From Phycisphaerae bacterium (GTDB lineage Bacteria > Planctomycetota > Phycisphaerae > UBA1845), in contig CAXXGO010000001.1 in NCBI GenBank assembly GCA_963666835.2, forward strand, positions 2,104,829 through 2,168,828: a stretch of DNA of 64,000 bases, written 5' to 3'. Numbering within the stretch: position 1 is the stretch's first letter; the number at the start of each line of letters is the position of its first letter. Both the position numbers and the translations under genes were made by a program. The notes below the pieces were generated by a model. That model had not been told where the DNA came from and made no database searches. It saw nothing but the letters and a program-made list of their open reading frames with translations. This document shows positions 9,353-19,232 of this stretch, one piece after another.

Positions 9353-11518
9353 ATGACGGATTGCGCAACGTTGTTGGATGAGTCGGAAAGGGCGGTTATT
9401 CGCGATCTGGAGCCGATGTTCGCTCCCCGTGCGATCGCTGTGGTGGGGGCGTCTCGTCGCCCCGGGTCGGTAGGGCATGCCGTTACCCGTAATCTCATCT
9501 ACGGCGGGTTCACCGGTGTGGTTTACGCGGTCAATCCGAAGGCCAAGAGTATTCTGGGGCTCCGCTGCGCGCCGTCGATTTCCTCAATCGACGACGAGGT
9601 AGATCTGGCGGTGGTCGTCACTCCGGCCGAAACCATCGAGGGTCTTGTCCTTGAGGGCGCCGAACTCGGCATCAAGCACTTTCTGGTCATCTCCGCGGGC
9701 TTCAAGGAGATCGGCGGAGAAGGAGTGGTGCGGGAGAAACGTCTGAAGGCTCTGGCCGACGAACGCGGTTTGTCGATCTGCGGGCCGAACTGCCTGGGGA
9801 TTATCAACACGGCGCCCGGCGTGCAAATGAACGCGACGTTCGCAACCCACATGCCGGCGAGGGGGTCCCTCGGGTTGATCTCCCAGAGCGGAGCGTTGTG
9901 TACGGCGCTGCTTGATTACGCGAAAGGCCGGGGTTTCGGGTTCTCCAGGTTTATCAGTTTCGGCAACAAATCCGACGTGACCGAGATTGACCTAATGCGG
10001 GCGCTGGCCCGCGATCCGCACACGAATGTCATCCTGATGTATATCGAGGATCTGTCCGCCGGGGCGGGGTTCATCAACGCCTGTCATGAGATTACGCACG
10101 GAGATAACCCTAAGCCGATTCTGGCGATTAAGACCGGGCGAACCACGGAGGGGGCTGCCGCGGCGGCTTCTCACACCGGCTCGTTGGCCGGGTCGGACGA
10201 GGTCTATGATGCGATCTTCGAGCAAGCCGGAGTGATTCGGGTGGAGTCGGTCGGAGAGTTGTTCGACTGCGCCGAGGCGTTCATCGATCCGGCGTTGCCG
10301 GCGGGTCGAGGCACGGCAATCGTTACCAACGCCGGCGGTCCGGGCATTATGGCGACCGACGCCTGCATTCGTAACGGGTTAAAGATCCCCCGGTTCCAAG
10401 AGTATACGAATAAGTCTCTGCGGTTTCAGATGCCGGCCACGGGGAGCATCAAGAACCCGGTAGACGTGATCGGGGATGCGAAGCACGATCGCTATCGAGC
10501 GGCTCTGGACGCGGTGACGGCCGACGAAAACGTCCATCAGGTGGTGGTAATCGTCACGCCCCAGATGATGACCGACGTGGAGGAGATCGCGACAGTCATC
10601 TCCGAGATCAAAAGATACTGCCGCAAGCCGGTCATCGGTTGTCTTATGGGATTGGTGGACGTTCAACCGGCCGTCGAGATTCTCCGGCGGCATGGTGTGC
10701 CGAGTTTCGCCTTCCCGGAGAACGCGATGCGCGCCCTGGCCGCAAAGGCGCAGTTTGCCGAATGGGTCCGGCACCCGATCAGCAAGTGCAAGGTGTTTGA
10801 TGTCAACCGTGAGGCGGTGGAAGCGTTGTTCCGGCAGGAGGTGGGGCAGGGGCGTACTCAGCTTGTGGAACTACCCGCTCTCGACGCCTTGCGCCACTAC
10901 GGATTCCCCACGGTTCCCTATGCGTTGGCCAAGAATGCCGACGAGGCGGTGCAGGCGGCGGCCGATATGGGCTATCCGGTGGTCATGAAGATCTCCGGCC
11001 CGAAGATCCTTCACAAAACCGATGTCGGCGGCGTGCGTTTGAACCTGACGAACGAGACGCAGGTGCGCGAGGCCTACGAGGGAATGGTCAATTCAGCGCG
11101 GGAGCATCTCGGGGCCGACGTCGAGATCTGGGGCGCGCTTGTCCAGAAGATGCTGGCCAAGGGCAAAGAGATAATCTTGGGTATGACCCGTGATCCGAAC
11201 TTCGGACCGTTGCTGATGTTCGGACTCGGCGGGATTTACACCGAAGCTCTTCGCGACGTTGCGTTCCGCCTGGCCCCCATCCCTGAGGACGTGGCTAAGG
11301 CGATGCTCAAGAGCATCAGGTCCTATCGGCTGCTGGAGGGCGTACGCGGAGAGGACCCCTCGGATATGGAGGCCCTTTCGGAATGCCTGCTTCGCCTATC
11401 ACAGTTAGTTACCGAGCATCCGTCGATTCAGGAACTGGATATTAACCCGCTGATCGTATATGCAAGCGGCGAAGGGGCGGTGGCCGCCGACGCTCGCATT
11501 ATTCTGAAGGAGCCATAG
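9353..11518 (+). CDS. Acyl-CoA synthetase (NDP-forming) / acetate-CoA ligase family, fused alpha-beta
   Basis: IAVVGAS, GPNCLG, SQSGA, SFGNK, AAASHTGSL (phospho-His retained), TNAGGPGI, NPVD, ATP-grasp HKTDVGGV..ELDINPL. Start set to ATG 9353. Confidence 0.93.
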   Translation: MTDCATLLDESERAVIRDLEPMFAPRAIAVVGASRRPGSVGHAVTRNLIYGGFTGVVYAVNPKAKSILGLRCAPSISSIDDEVDLAVVVTPAETIEGLVLEGAELGIKHFLVISAGFKEIGGEGVVREKRLKALADERGLSICGPNCLGIINTAPGVQMNATFATHMPARGSLGLISQSGALCTALLDYAKGRGFGFSRFISFGNKSDVTEIDLMRALARDPHTNVILMYIEDLSAGAGFINACHEITHGDNPKPILAIKTGRTTEGAAAAASHTGSLAGSDEVYDAIFEQAGVIRVESVGELFDCAEAFIDPALPAGRGTAIVTNAGGPGIMATDACIRNGLKIPRFQEYTNKSLRFQMPATGSIKNPVDVIGDAKHDRYRAALDAVTADENVHQVVVIVTPQMMTDVEEIATVISEIKRYCRKPVIGCLMGLVDVQPAVEILRRHGVPSFAFPENAMRALAAKAQFAEWVRHPISKCKVFDVNREAVEALFRQEVGQGRTQLVELPALDALRHYGFPTVPYALAKNADEAVQAAADMGYPVVMKISGPKILHKTDVGGVRLNLTNETQVREAYEGMVNSAREHLGADVEIWGALVQKMLAKGKEIILGMTRDPNFGPLLMFGLGGIYTEALRDVAFRLAPIPEDVAKAMLKSIRSYRLLEGVRGEDPSDMEALSECLLRLSQLVTEHPSIQELDINPLIVYASGEGAVAADARIILKEP

Positions 11519-11521
11519 AAC

Positions 11522-13408
11522 ATGGCGGAGAAATGGCAGGATCGCTTCGCGGACAAAATCGTTGCTTCCGCCAGGGCTATCGGCACGATTACGCCCGGTG
11601 ACCGGGTGTTTGTCGGATCCGTCTGCGGGGAGCCGCAAGAGTTGGTGCGCGCCATGGTGGCAGCCAGCGGCCAACTTGATGACACCGAGCTTATCCAGGT
11701 GCTGACTCTCGGGGCGTCACCCTACGCTGACCCGAAGTACGCAACGAACTTCCGGGCCAACGCCTTCTTTATCGGCAACAGTCTGCGCGAGGCAGTCAAC
11801 GATGCCCGCGCCGACTACACGCCGGTGTTTCTATCAAAAGTCTCTGACCTGTTGAGGTCTCGGCGTATTCCCGTCGACGTTGCCCTTATTATGGTGAGCC
11901 CGCCCGATGAGCACGGCTTCTGCAGTCTGGGCGTATCGGTGGATATCACGAAGGCGGCTGCAGAGTCTGCCGGGCTGGTGATCGCGCAGGTGAATCGGCA
12001 CATGCCGCGGACCTTCGGGGATTGCGCACTGCACGTTCGGGATATTGACTACCTGGTCGAGCATGATGAGCCGCTTCTGGAGTGGCCGTCGGCGGGAGAA
12101 CCGGACGAGATCACCCGCAAAGTAGCCGGGCACATTGCTACGATTGTGCCCGACGGGGCGACTCTGCAGCTTGGGATCGGCAATATGCCGGATGCGGTCT
12201 TGTCACTGCTGCATGACAAGAACGACTTGGGTATCCACACGGAGATGTTCTCCGACGGTGTCATGAAGCTGGCCAAGGACGGTGTGATAACCGGGCGGAA
12301 CAAGACGCTCCATCCCAACAAGATCGTCGGCAGCTTCGCGGCCGGTTCGCGGGAACTCTTCGAGTTTCTCGATGAGAATCCGCAGATTGAGATGCACCCG
12401 TCGGAGTACACCAACAGCCCGATCGTGATTTCTCAGCATGACAATATGGTGGCAATCAATGCGGCGATCGAGGTTGATCTCACGGGCCAGGTGGTCGCGG
12501 ACTCCATCGGTACGCTGCTATACAGCGGGCTAGGCGGCCATGCCGACTTCATGCGCGGTGCCGCCATGGCCAAGAAGGGCAAGCCGATTATCGCGCTGCC
12601 CAGTACGGCGCAAGGTCCGAATGGGATCGTGTCGCGTATCGTTGCGACTCTATCCGAGGGGGCGGGCGTCATCACCACCAGAGGTGACACGCATTACGTG
12701 GTTACCGAATATGGTATCGCGTATCTGCACGGTAGAAGCCTGCGCGAGCGAGCGATGGCCCTGATTAACGTGGCCCATCCGGATTTCCGTTCCGAGCTTC
12801 TCCACAAAGCGAAGCAGCGGCGCATCGTGTACGCGAACCAGATCCTCCCGCCGGCGCGGTCGCCGTATCCGGCGAAGTACGAATCGAAGGTCACCCTCAA
12901 GGACCAGAGTGAGGTCTTCCTGCGCCCCATCAAGCCGTCGGATGAGCCGATGATGAAGGAGATGTTCTACTCGTTCAGCGAGCGGACTCGCTATCTGCGC
13001 TTCCACGGGCCGATGAAGTCCTTCCCGCACGAACGTCTGCAGGTCTTCTGCAATGTCGACTACAAGGAGGAAATGGCGTTCATCGTGGTCGTTGGCGATC
13101 CCGGAGAGGAAGATGTTATCGCCGTTGCCCGATACCTCCATGACCAGTCGGACAACTCTGCCGAAGCCGCTTTCACCGTTCGGGATGATTGGCAGAACAA
13201 AGGGCTAGGCACGTGTCTGTTCAATAAGCTGGTCGAGGTCGCGCGCGAGCGGGGGATCGAGACCTTCCGGGCCGAGGTCCTGACCGAAAATATCCCCATG
13301 TTGAACGTCTTCCGCCATTCCGGCTGCGGTGTGTCTACCAGCACGGAGTCGGGCGTCGTACACATGACGATCGACCTGAACCCGGAATCAGAACTGAAGA
13401 GGCTATAG
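11522..13408 (+). CDS. Acetyl-CoA hydrolase/CoA-transferase fused to C-terminal GNAT acetyltransferase
   Basis: PPDEHGFCSLG, TLQLGIG, DLGIHTEMFSDG, EVDLTGQV, SGLGGHADF, VVTEYGIA; then LRPIKPSD..AEAAFTVRDDWQNKGLG. Confidence 0.92.
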   Translation: MAEKWQDRFADKIVASARAIGTITPGDRVFVGSVCGEPQELVRAMVAASGQLDDTELIQVLTLGASPYADPKYATNFRANAFFIGNSLREAVNDARADYTPVFLSKVSDLLRSRRIPVDVALIMVSPPDEHGFCSLGVSVDITKAAAESAGLVIAQVNRHMPRTFGDCALHVRDIDYLVEHDEPLLEWPSAGEPDEITRKVAGHIATIVPDGATLQLGIGNMPDAVLSLLHDKNDLGIHTEMFSDGVMKLAKDGVITGRNKTLHPNKIVGSFAAGSRELFEFLDENPQIEMHPSEYTNSPIVISQHDNMVAINAAIEVDLTGQVVADSIGTLLYSGLGGHADFMRGAAMAKKGKPIIALPSTAQGPNGIVSRIVATLSEGAGVITTRGDTHYVVTEYGIAYLHGRSLRERAMALINVAHPDFRSELLHKAKQRRIVYANQILPPARSPYPAKYESKVTLKDQSEVFLRPIKPSDEPMMKEMFYSFSERTRYLRFHGPMKSFPHERLQVFCNVDYKEEMAFIVVVGDPGEEDVIAVARYLHDQSDNSAEAAFTVRDDWQNKGLGTCLFNKLVEVARERGIETFRAEVLTENIPMLNVFRHSGCGVSTSTESGVVHMTIDLNPESELKRL

Positions 13409-13490
13409 TGCCTTGTCGCACCCGGGTCCTCCGGTGTGCCACTGCTATTGTGCAGTGCCGGGGCACGGCACTGGTTGAACCCGAGTACGG
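13406..13490 (+). repeat. Dispersed REP/MITE-like repeat, copy 2
   Basis: TAGTGC..CCGGTGTGCCACTGCTATTGTGCAGTGC (core 13431-13458). Confidence 0.7.
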
Positions 13491-13571
13491 TAGGTCGGGC
13501 TTTGCCCGACGCCAAACTGTGCGAATCGGGGGTCCTGCTGGGGCAGGTGGCGAGGGACGCTGTTTCTGCGA

Positions 13572-13952
13572 CTACGTGGCATCCCGCCGGGAAGGGTGGG
13601 CTTCCGTGACGCCGCCCGAATCGTCGTTTCTCTCCAGGAAACCGGGGGGGCCGCACCTTGCCATTATCGCGAATTGTGCGAACACGCGGAGGATCAGGTT
13701 GCTGCGACTGTTCACTCTGAGTCTGCGATAGACGCGATTCAGATGCGTGTGAACCGTGTGAACCGATATGCCGAGCCGCTTTGCGACGGTACGTTCATCG
13801 GCGCCGTCAAGTATGCCTCGGATTACGTCGAGTTCTCGTCCGGAGACGCCGAGCTGCAGAGCCATCGCCCGCCACTGCTCCGATGAGAGCCACGGAGTCG
13901 CGGTTTCACCGAGTTCCGTGTCCCCCGGCCCGTTCGGTTGTCTCGCCGACAT
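13572..13952 (-). CDS. Stand-alone LuxR-type HTH regulator
   Basis: VSGRELDVIRGILDG..VAKRLGISVHTVHTHLNRVYRRLRVNSR; RBS AGGGAGGGAG. Confidence 0.85.
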   Translation of the reverse strand: MSARQPNGPGDTELGETATPWLSSEQWRAMALQLGVSGRELDVIRGILDGADERTVAKRLGISVHTVHTHLNRVYRRLRVNSRSNLILRVFAQFAIMARCGPPGFLERNDDSGGVTEAHPSRRDAT

Positions 13953-14082
13953 CGCTCCCTCCCTTCGTCGGACGTACCCGCCGCCCTGGATGTCCGTGCA
14001 GAAACACTGAGTCCAATCTCATTAACGAAGTCTGCGCGCGGAGCGCTCATGGGAAACTGAAATAAATCAGAAAAAAGCTCCG

Positions 14083-14180
14083 GTACTACGTCACACCTGG
14101 TTTTCGGGTGTGTCACTGCTCTTGAGCGGTGCAGGGACGGGACACTCGGCGGAGTGAGCCGGAACCCCTGCGAGTGGCGA
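14083..14180 (+). repeat. Dispersed REP/MITE-like repeat, copy 3
   Basis: CTACGTCACACCTGG..CGGGTGTGTCACTGCTCTTGAGCGGTGCAGGGACGGGAC..CGAGTGGCGA; colinear with copy 1 over ~95 bp. Confidence 0.8.
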
Positions 14181-14404
14181 GTGGTTGGTCTTCCTTGACG
14201 GTTCCGCAACGGACGAGGCGCGTTGCGGGCAGTCGGTGGACTTTGCTTTGACTAATGACGCGCGGACCTGGCAGGGTCCTTCCGATCGCCCTGCGGCGAG
14301 TTCGCTAAGTTCTTATATGGGACTGCGTTATGGCTCAAGGCTACAGGCTCGTGACCCTTGGGCGCCCGGCATGCAGTAACGCCCGACAACCTCACCCCGG
14401 GCGG

Positions 14405-16234
14405 CTACTGGCTGAGTAACTGCGCCAACTGTGCCGCCAGCGATAAATCAAGAGTCTCCAAGCGGCGGCGAACGGACTCCGCTTCGGTGGTCATTCCCGC
14501 TTGGTAGTATGAGCCGCCTAGGTTGTACCACGCCATCGCGAAGGTCGGGGAAGCTTCGGTCGCGCGCCGGAAGGCAGCGATGGCCTCGTGAACCCGCCCG
14601 GCCTGAATCAGGGCCGACCCGAGACTGTTCTGGATCTCGGCATCGTCCGGCTGCAGGCGAGCGGCTTGCGAGAGCGAGGTTACGGCCTCTTCGAACTCGC
14701 CGAAGGCAAGCGCGATCATCCCCAGATTGAGGTGAGCAGCGGTAACCGATGGGTCCAGGCGGACCACGCCGGCGAACCCGCGTCTTGCCTCCGATAGGTT
14801 GCCTGCGCGTTGTAGCTCCAGAGATTCGTTGTAGTAGAATTGGATGAACGTCTCGCTGGGCTCCACTGATGCCTTCGATGCAACGCCGACGCCCTCCGCG
14901 ACCGCCGCCGCAGTAATACCAATGGCCAACGAGCTTAGCCCGCTGAAGTTGCGTCCGAGCGATCGAGCCGAACGTGTCGGCCGGTCGAACCGGTGACAAA
15001 GCCAAAACGCACCGAACAGAGCGGGCAGAAACAGCGAGATGAGGAAGCGGTCCCCGTACGCGATTTGCGCATACCAAGCATAACTCGCCAAGTACCCGCC
15101 AAAGAACATTGCGCAGAATAACGCTGCAATCCAGCCTTCCAGCGGGATTGACCTCAGTTGCCGATGGTGCTTCAGCCCGATAGCGCCACAGAACACCACG
15201 ACGACCAGAAGGTACTTCGCGTACGGCCCGTGCCATGCAAGATGGCCCAGAGCACAGAGCCCGTTCCATGCGCGTTGGGCAATCTGTTGGGTACTGTGCC
15301 TGCGCCAGTAGTTGCCCGGACTCGGAATCCGCTCGGGCGGCGCGTCCGTTGGGTATCGATCACTTATCTGGTAGGTGTCGGCAAACGCTTTGGCTTCGCT
15401 CCAGCTATCGCACCACATGAAGAACGTCGAGTTCACGTTGTAGAAATACCGTCCGAAGCGAGTGCGGTTGTGGTTCAGGTATGGGTAGGCGATCGCCGCA
15501 GACACGAACACGACCACCACGGTGGACAAGAGTACGTCAGTCCCGCGTCCGCCCGTGCCGTCGGCTGGATTCTCCCCCGTTACGCGCCGCGGTCGGATAA
15601 TCAACACCAAATGCACGACCGAGGCCGCGAGAAACGCTGACAGAGTGGCGGCACCGGATGCCTTCGCGAGAAAAGTCAGCCCGAGCGTTGCGCCGGCGGC
15701 GGCGGCCCACGCAATGGACGGGCGGAGGATTACGCGGCAAAGCAACACCCAGGACACCAGCAGCAGGCCGTAGTAGAGGAGCTCCACCTGCACGAAAGAC
15801 GCTTTGTAGATGAACACGGTGCTCATCGCCACGATCGTAAAGGCGGTGGCTGACCACGCAGGGAGGCTTGCGTAGGCCAAACCGCCGATTCCAATGAGAA
15901 TCAGTACCGACAATACGATCGAGAACCACGCGGCGCGTTCGACGAAGGTCTCCCAATCGTCGTCGTGAAACACAGAGAGCATCGCGGGCAAAAGGGGCAT
16001 CCGGTTGCGGTCGCCGAGATACGGTGCTTGTCCGTTCCGGGCAAGGCCCGAGGCGTATACCAGGTAGGGGTATTGCCCGCCGGCGGTAGCGCTGAGGTTC
16101 AACACGCTGTTCTGGTGCCGGGCGGTTTGGACGTACCAGACCGCCATCAGCACCCACAGCAACAGCAACATCCCGAGCCCCAGCCGGCTGAGGGTCGTTC
16201 CGGAAGGTCTGCACTTGCTTGCCACGCTGGTCAT
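14405..16234 (-). CDS. Polytopic membrane (GT-C-like) protein with C-terminal TPR repeats
   Basis: About 11 TM segments; C-terminal AHLNLG / IQNSLGSAL / AWYNLG TPRs. Confidence 0.8.
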   Translation of the reverse strand: MTSVASKCRPSGTTLSRLGLGMLLLLWVLMAVWYVQTARHQNSVLNLSATAGGQYPYLVYASGLARNGQAPYLGDRNRMPLLPAMLSVFHDDDWETFVERAAWFSIVLSVLILIGIGGLAYASLPAWSATAFTIVAMSTVFIYKASFVQVELLYYGLLLVSWVLLCRVILRPSIAWAAAAGATLGLTFLAKASGAATLSAFLAASVVHLVLIIRPRRVTGENPADGTGGRGTDVLLSTVVVVFVSAAIAYPYLNHNRTRFGRYFYNVNSTFFMWCDSWSEAKAFADTYQISDRYPTDAPPERIPSPGNYWRRHSTQQIAQRAWNGLCALGHLAWHGPYAKYLLVVVVFCGAIGLKHHRQLRSIPLEGWIAALFCAMFFGGYLASYAWYAQIAYGDRFLISLFLPALFGAFWLCHRFDRPTRSARSLGRNFSGLSSLAIGITAAAVAEGVGVASKASVEPSETFIQFYYNESLELQRAGNLSEARRGFAGVVRLDPSVTAAHLNLGMIALAFGEFEEAVTSLSQAARLQPDDAEIQNSLGSALIQAGRVHEAIAAFRRATEASPTFAMAWYNLGGSYYQAGMTTEAESVRRRLETLDLSLAAQLAQLLSQ

Positions 16235-16429
16235 CGGGGACTGATGCTACCGTCCATCGACGAAGCCGACCAGACGCAGGCATCAAGTTCCGGCCGAGCC
16301 GCGCGACGACCACGGCTGGCGTATTGCGGTTGTCCCTTGCGGTCGACCTGGGTACTCTAACGGAAAGTGCAGTGCGGCCGGGGTCGGCTCGGCGCGTACA
16401 GATCGGCGGTGCGGGTAGGAGAACACTTG

Positions 16430-16861
16430 ATGAAAGCGCTAATGGTAGCGGTGTTTATGGGGGCCTTGTTGCTGGCCGCGGCGTATTATCTTTGTGGCTT
16501 TCACACGTTCGACGCCACGCAACAGGGAAAGGACGCCCGCGCTTCGATCGGCCCGGGGATGACCTGGGAGCAGGTGTTCGACCTTATCGGCGACCCGCGC
16601 GAGTATCAGCCGATTATGAAGACGACGAAACGCTTCGGCCCGGATAGCTATGACATTTTCAAGCCCGGCCCTCGCAACAAGTTCAGCCGCAAGGGCGTGT
16701 CCGCTCGTCTGGAAGAGGATAGCCTCCCCAACGGATTCCTCTGCACTTTCACGTACTCGAGCTCGGAGGCCTTTACGATTCACTTCGACGGGACCGGTAC
16801 GGTGACGGGAGTGGCAGATGCGATCACCATGGCGGATCTGCTGCAATACGACCGGGATTGA
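16430..16861 (+). CDS. Membrane-anchored hypothetical protein (BamE-like motif)
   Basis: RBS AGGAG; N-terminal TM; IGPGMTWEQVFDLIGDP..IHFDGTGTV. Confidence 0.7.
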   Translation: MKALMVAVFMGALLLAAAYYLCGFHTFDATQQGKDARASIGPGMTWEQVFDLIGDPREYQPIMKTTKRFGPDSYDIFKPGPRNKFSRKGVSARLEEDSLPNGFLCTFTYSSSEAFTIHFDGTGTVTGVADAITMADLLQYDRD

Positions 16862-16908
16862 CGGAGCGGCGGTCTCGGTTCTTTCGCACCTGAGGAAGCG
16901 AAACTTGC

Positions 16909-17229
16909 TTAGTCGGTCGTCGTCCCGAACTTGATCGTGGTATCGCTCAGTGAGCTGAGGAACCCGATGGCGTTCTCGTTGATGTACTCTTCGGCGGTGC
17001 TGCCGTTTAGGAATTGCTGTTGATTGTCCACGAACAAGGCAGCACAAGTGCTGAATCCCTGCCCGCCGCATGCACTCAGATCCCATCCTCCGACGCTCGA
17101 TATCATCCCCGCCGGGATCTGCAGGGACGACCCCAGGCTCAGGGTGCAGCCGGTAAGGAGGACCGCGGCAGTCGCCGCCGCGATCGTCAAGCCGAAACGC
17201 TGTTTCGATTGGGCTACCTTCCGTTTCAT
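16909..17229 (-). CDS. Small putative lipoprotein
   Basis: MKRK..AAVLLTGC lipobox. Confidence 0.65.
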   Translation of the reverse strand: MKRKVAQSKQRFGLTIAAATAAVLLTGCTLSLGSSLQIPAGMISSVGGWDLSACGGQGFSTCAALFVDNQQQFLNGSTAEEYINENAIGFLSSLSDTTIKFGTTTD

Positions 17230-17489
17230 CACATCCCCCGAAGACGGAGCGTGGGCGTTCTCTCGTGGATCCTCATGTTCAACGTTCAATACAGAGCGGG
17301 GGCAGTCAAAGCGTCCGACGGAAGACCCCGGCGACGGACGCACGCCGGCGAGTTATCGCCCGTTACGCAGTCTTGCCGTGAGGTTCTGACCGCCGTTGAC
17401 ATGGGAATACGCTTGATGTATGAAGTGAAAATGGCGTTTATCTTTCCGTTTCTTTGCGTCTTATCAGTATCGCATTAGGAGGAGTGGCC

Positions 17490-19184
17490 ATGGCTGGGTC
17501 GGGTTCGGGGAACATGAGCATACGTTGCGAGTGTGGAGCTACTTTGGGAGTTAACGCGTCGGCTATCGGGCGCCAGGCCAAGTGTCCGGCTTGCGGCGTT
17601 GTTTTTGTGATCGAGGCGCCGGACGCGGTACTGCCGATCGGGGACGATTCTGTTTCTCTGCTAGACGACTTGGCGGCGATGGAACAGTCCAGTGAGAAGA
17701 TCGAGGAGCAGGGGACCGGGAACCTGAAGACAACCTGTCCGGCATGCTCCACCGTGATGGCGGCCGATGCGAATATCTGCGTCTCGTGCGGCTACGACAT
17801 GCGAACCGGTGCAAGCCATAAGGCGGTTAATGCCAAGAGGGCCGCCGCCGCCGATGCCACACGACGGCTAGGCCGCAGAGCACGCTCGTTTGCCTTCGGA
17901 TGCGCTCTCAGTGCCGCCGGCGCGTTGATCGGCGCGGCGATCTGGTGTGTCATAGCAATCGTGGCGAACTATGAAATCGGTTTTATTGCTTGTGGGCTGG
18001 GGGCTCTTGCCGGACTCGGCATGGTCAAGGGATGCGGCGAGGAAAGTGTCAAGGCTGGAGTGACTGCAGCCGCGTTCGCGGTTGTTGGTATCCTGGCGGC
18101 GAAGCTGATGATCTTCCTGACCGTCAATTACGCCGAGCTGCAGGAGGCGCAGGCGGCAATTAACTCGATCAGTCCGGAGGACGAGACGGCGCGCAGCGAG
18201 TTGGCCGCTCATCGCACTGATTTGGAGATACTGTCACGAGGGTTACACAGCGATGACGACTCCCGCCTTGCCATCTATGAGAGAGAGTCGGATGCGATCG
18301 ACGTTCTCTCGGATGAAGAGTTGAACAGCGCTCTTGAAGAGATGAAGGCGTGGGAAGCCGGCGGAAAATGTGAAGACCCTGCGTTTGTTCGGAAGTACCT
18401 GATTTCAGACCGGGCGGAGCAACTCTGGACGGAATCGCTGGCTGCCGACGGGAAGGATCCGGAGTTGGAGTACAAAGCCCCACGACGTCGGGATTGGCGA
18501 AAGGTCTACAAAACCGCTGAGACTGAAGTCGAAGAGATGACCCCCGACGAGCAGCTCGCAGGGTGCAAACAGATTGAAGCCGACAAGAAGCTGCAGGGTG
18601 AGGTTGATAGGCTGGCGACGCAGCGGGCGGTGAATCGGCTCGTTGAGAGCAAGAGGCCTCTATTCGGCAGTGAACACGACGCTGCCTTCATAGAGGAACA
18701 AGCCGTCTGCCGGGCGTTGTCGGATGAGGAGTTGGCAACCGCCTTGGTAGAGCTTGATGCCTGGGAGGCCGAGGGCAAATGGCAGGACTCTGTGTACCTC
18801 CGCAACAAGCTCATCTATGCACAGGTCGACAAGAAGGTGATGGAAGCGTACTTCGAGAACCTGGAGGCGTCCGACGAGGAAGCCGGAGACTACGATGAAT
18901 GGCTGGACGGGAATTGGGATCAGGTGTATGCGGAAGCTGAGGCGGAGATTGCCCGGGTTCCTGAGGACGAACTCCTCCCACGCGCCAAGGGGATCGAGGA
19001 GGAGCAAAAACGTCGTCAGGACGCAGCTTACGCGCGCATGCGCCGCGCTGCCTCCAAAGCGTTCGCCGGTGATGTTCTCTCGTTTATCGTCGAGAACTAC
19101 TTCGGGGCTATGGACCTTCTGTTCATAGCTTTTGCAGTATTGGCCGCCTACAATATTGGCACAGGGTCGAGCGAAACGGAGTGA
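17490..19184 (+). CDS. Zn-ribbon membrane protein with internally duplicated helical domain
   Basis: RBS AGGAGG; CECG, CPACG, CPAC/CVSCG ribbons; 3 TM; two ~137-aa repeats; C-terminal TM. Confidence 0.8.
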   Translation: MAGSGSGNMSIRCECGATLGVNASAIGRQAKCPACGVVFVIEAPDAVLPIGDDSVSLLDDLAAMEQSSEKIEEQGTGNLKTTCPACSTVMAADANICVSCGYDMRTGASHKAVNAKRAAAADATRRLGRRARSFAFGCALSAAGALIGAAIWCVIAIVANYEIGFIACGLGALAGLGMVKGCGEESVKAGVTAAAFAVVGILAAKLMIFLTVNYAELQEAQAAINSISPEDETARSELAAHRTDLEILSRGLHSDDDSRLAIYERESDAIDVLSDEELNSALEEMKAWEAGGKCEDPAFVRKYLISDRAEQLWTESLAADGKDPELEYKAPRRRDWRKVYKTAETEVEEMTPDEQLAGCKQIEADKKLQGEVDRLATQRAVNRLVESKRPLFGSEHDAAFIEEQAVCRALSDEELATALVELDAWEAEGKWQDSVYLRNKLIYAQVDKKVMEAYFENLEASDEEAGDYDEWLDGNWDQVYAEAEAEIARVPEDELLPRAKGIEEEQKRRQDAAYARMRRAASKAFAGDVLSFIVENYFGAMDLLFIAFAVLAAYNIGTGSSETE

Positions 19185-19232
19185 TCGCAGCGTCGTCTGC
19201 CATGCGAGTATAGGTCTTGGGGAGAGCGTACG

